Source of the DNA: Verrucomicrobiota bacterium
GTDB lineage: Bacteria > Verrucomicrobiota > Verrucomicrobiia > Limisphaerales > SXQI01
NCBI GenBank assembly: GCA_033762115.1
Contig: JANRLX010000108.1
Location: 1-16,628, forward strand
Direction: 5' to 3'
DNA length: 16,628 bases
Part shown: positions 16,435 through 16,628 of the stretch, one piece after another
How the letters are laid out: the number at the start of each line of letters is the position of its first letter
How positions within the stretch are numbered: position 1 is the stretch's first letter
Notes under the pieces: model-generated
The model's database searches: none
Told to the model about the DNA's origin: nothing
The model's input: only the letters and a program-made list of their open reading frames with translations
Position numbers and translations under genes: made by a program

Positions 16435-16628
16435 CTACAAGGCGCGCGCACGGAAATAGCGTTGCGGGTCATTTTCCAGACCGGGCAGAGAGATATTGAT
16501 GTTGCCCCCGATGGCAGGGCGATTGGTGGACACCGGAAACCAATTGAGAAGATTGGTGCTGGATTCAATCACATAGGTCAAACCGGGCTGGCCATCGACC
16601 ATTAAAGTGATCTGACCTGCTGAGGGAT
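16435..16628 (-). CDS. C-terminal end of a probable secreted protein (5' part beyond the right edge)
   Basis: Not in the ORF track. Hand translation from 16626 down: PSAGQITLMVDGQPGLTYVIESSTNLLNWFPVSTNRPAIGGNINISLPGLENDPQRYFRARAL*, TAG at 16437-16435. Clearly similar to the tail of the 460..2793 protein. Confidence 0.85.
   Translation of the reverse strand, partial: PSAGQITLMVDGQPGLTYVIESSTNLLNWFPVSTNRPAIGGNINISLPGLENDPQRYFRARAL

Noticed and set aside
16329..16568. 79-aa minus-strand ORF in the ORF track
   Set aside because: Wrong frame; the real gene is the frame ending at TAG 16435 that carries the conserved tail.
1..16628. CRISPR arrays, tRNA/rRNA genes, IS elements, tandem DNA repeats
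   Set aside because: None seen on reading; repeated ctg/ttg runs in 4100-5950 are just Gln-rich coding.

Overview
Bacterial chromosomal window, probably from Verrucomicrobiota (inferred from the C-terminal tails of the secreted proteins and the gene repertoire). From left to right: two minus-strand secreted-protein genes (a CHRD-like protein cut by the left edge and missed by the ORF track, and a 777-aa multidomain Ig-containing protein), a non-canonical GreA/GreB-family gene, yacG, a stand-alone 1214-aa membrane-anchored coiled-coil protein (DUF4175-like), an HD-domain phosphohydrolase, a bacterial type IB topoisomerase, rplM-rpsI, a ~340-nt structured intergenic region, the argC-argJ-argB-argD-argF operon, and the 3' end of another minus-strand gene (also missed by the ORF track). 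I saw no tRNA, rRNA, CRISPR array or transposase. The best leads are: (1) a ~200-nt structured RNA candidate with mutually exclusive pairings, TPP-riboswitch-like sequence words and a chain of ATGA-coupled micro-ORFs directly upstream of the arginine operon; (2) a shared ~50-aa C-terminal tail on two unlinked proteins that looks like a secretion/sorting signal; (3) a Ku-like C-terminal helix plus basic tail on TopIB. All pairings and counts were done by eye and need computational confirmation.
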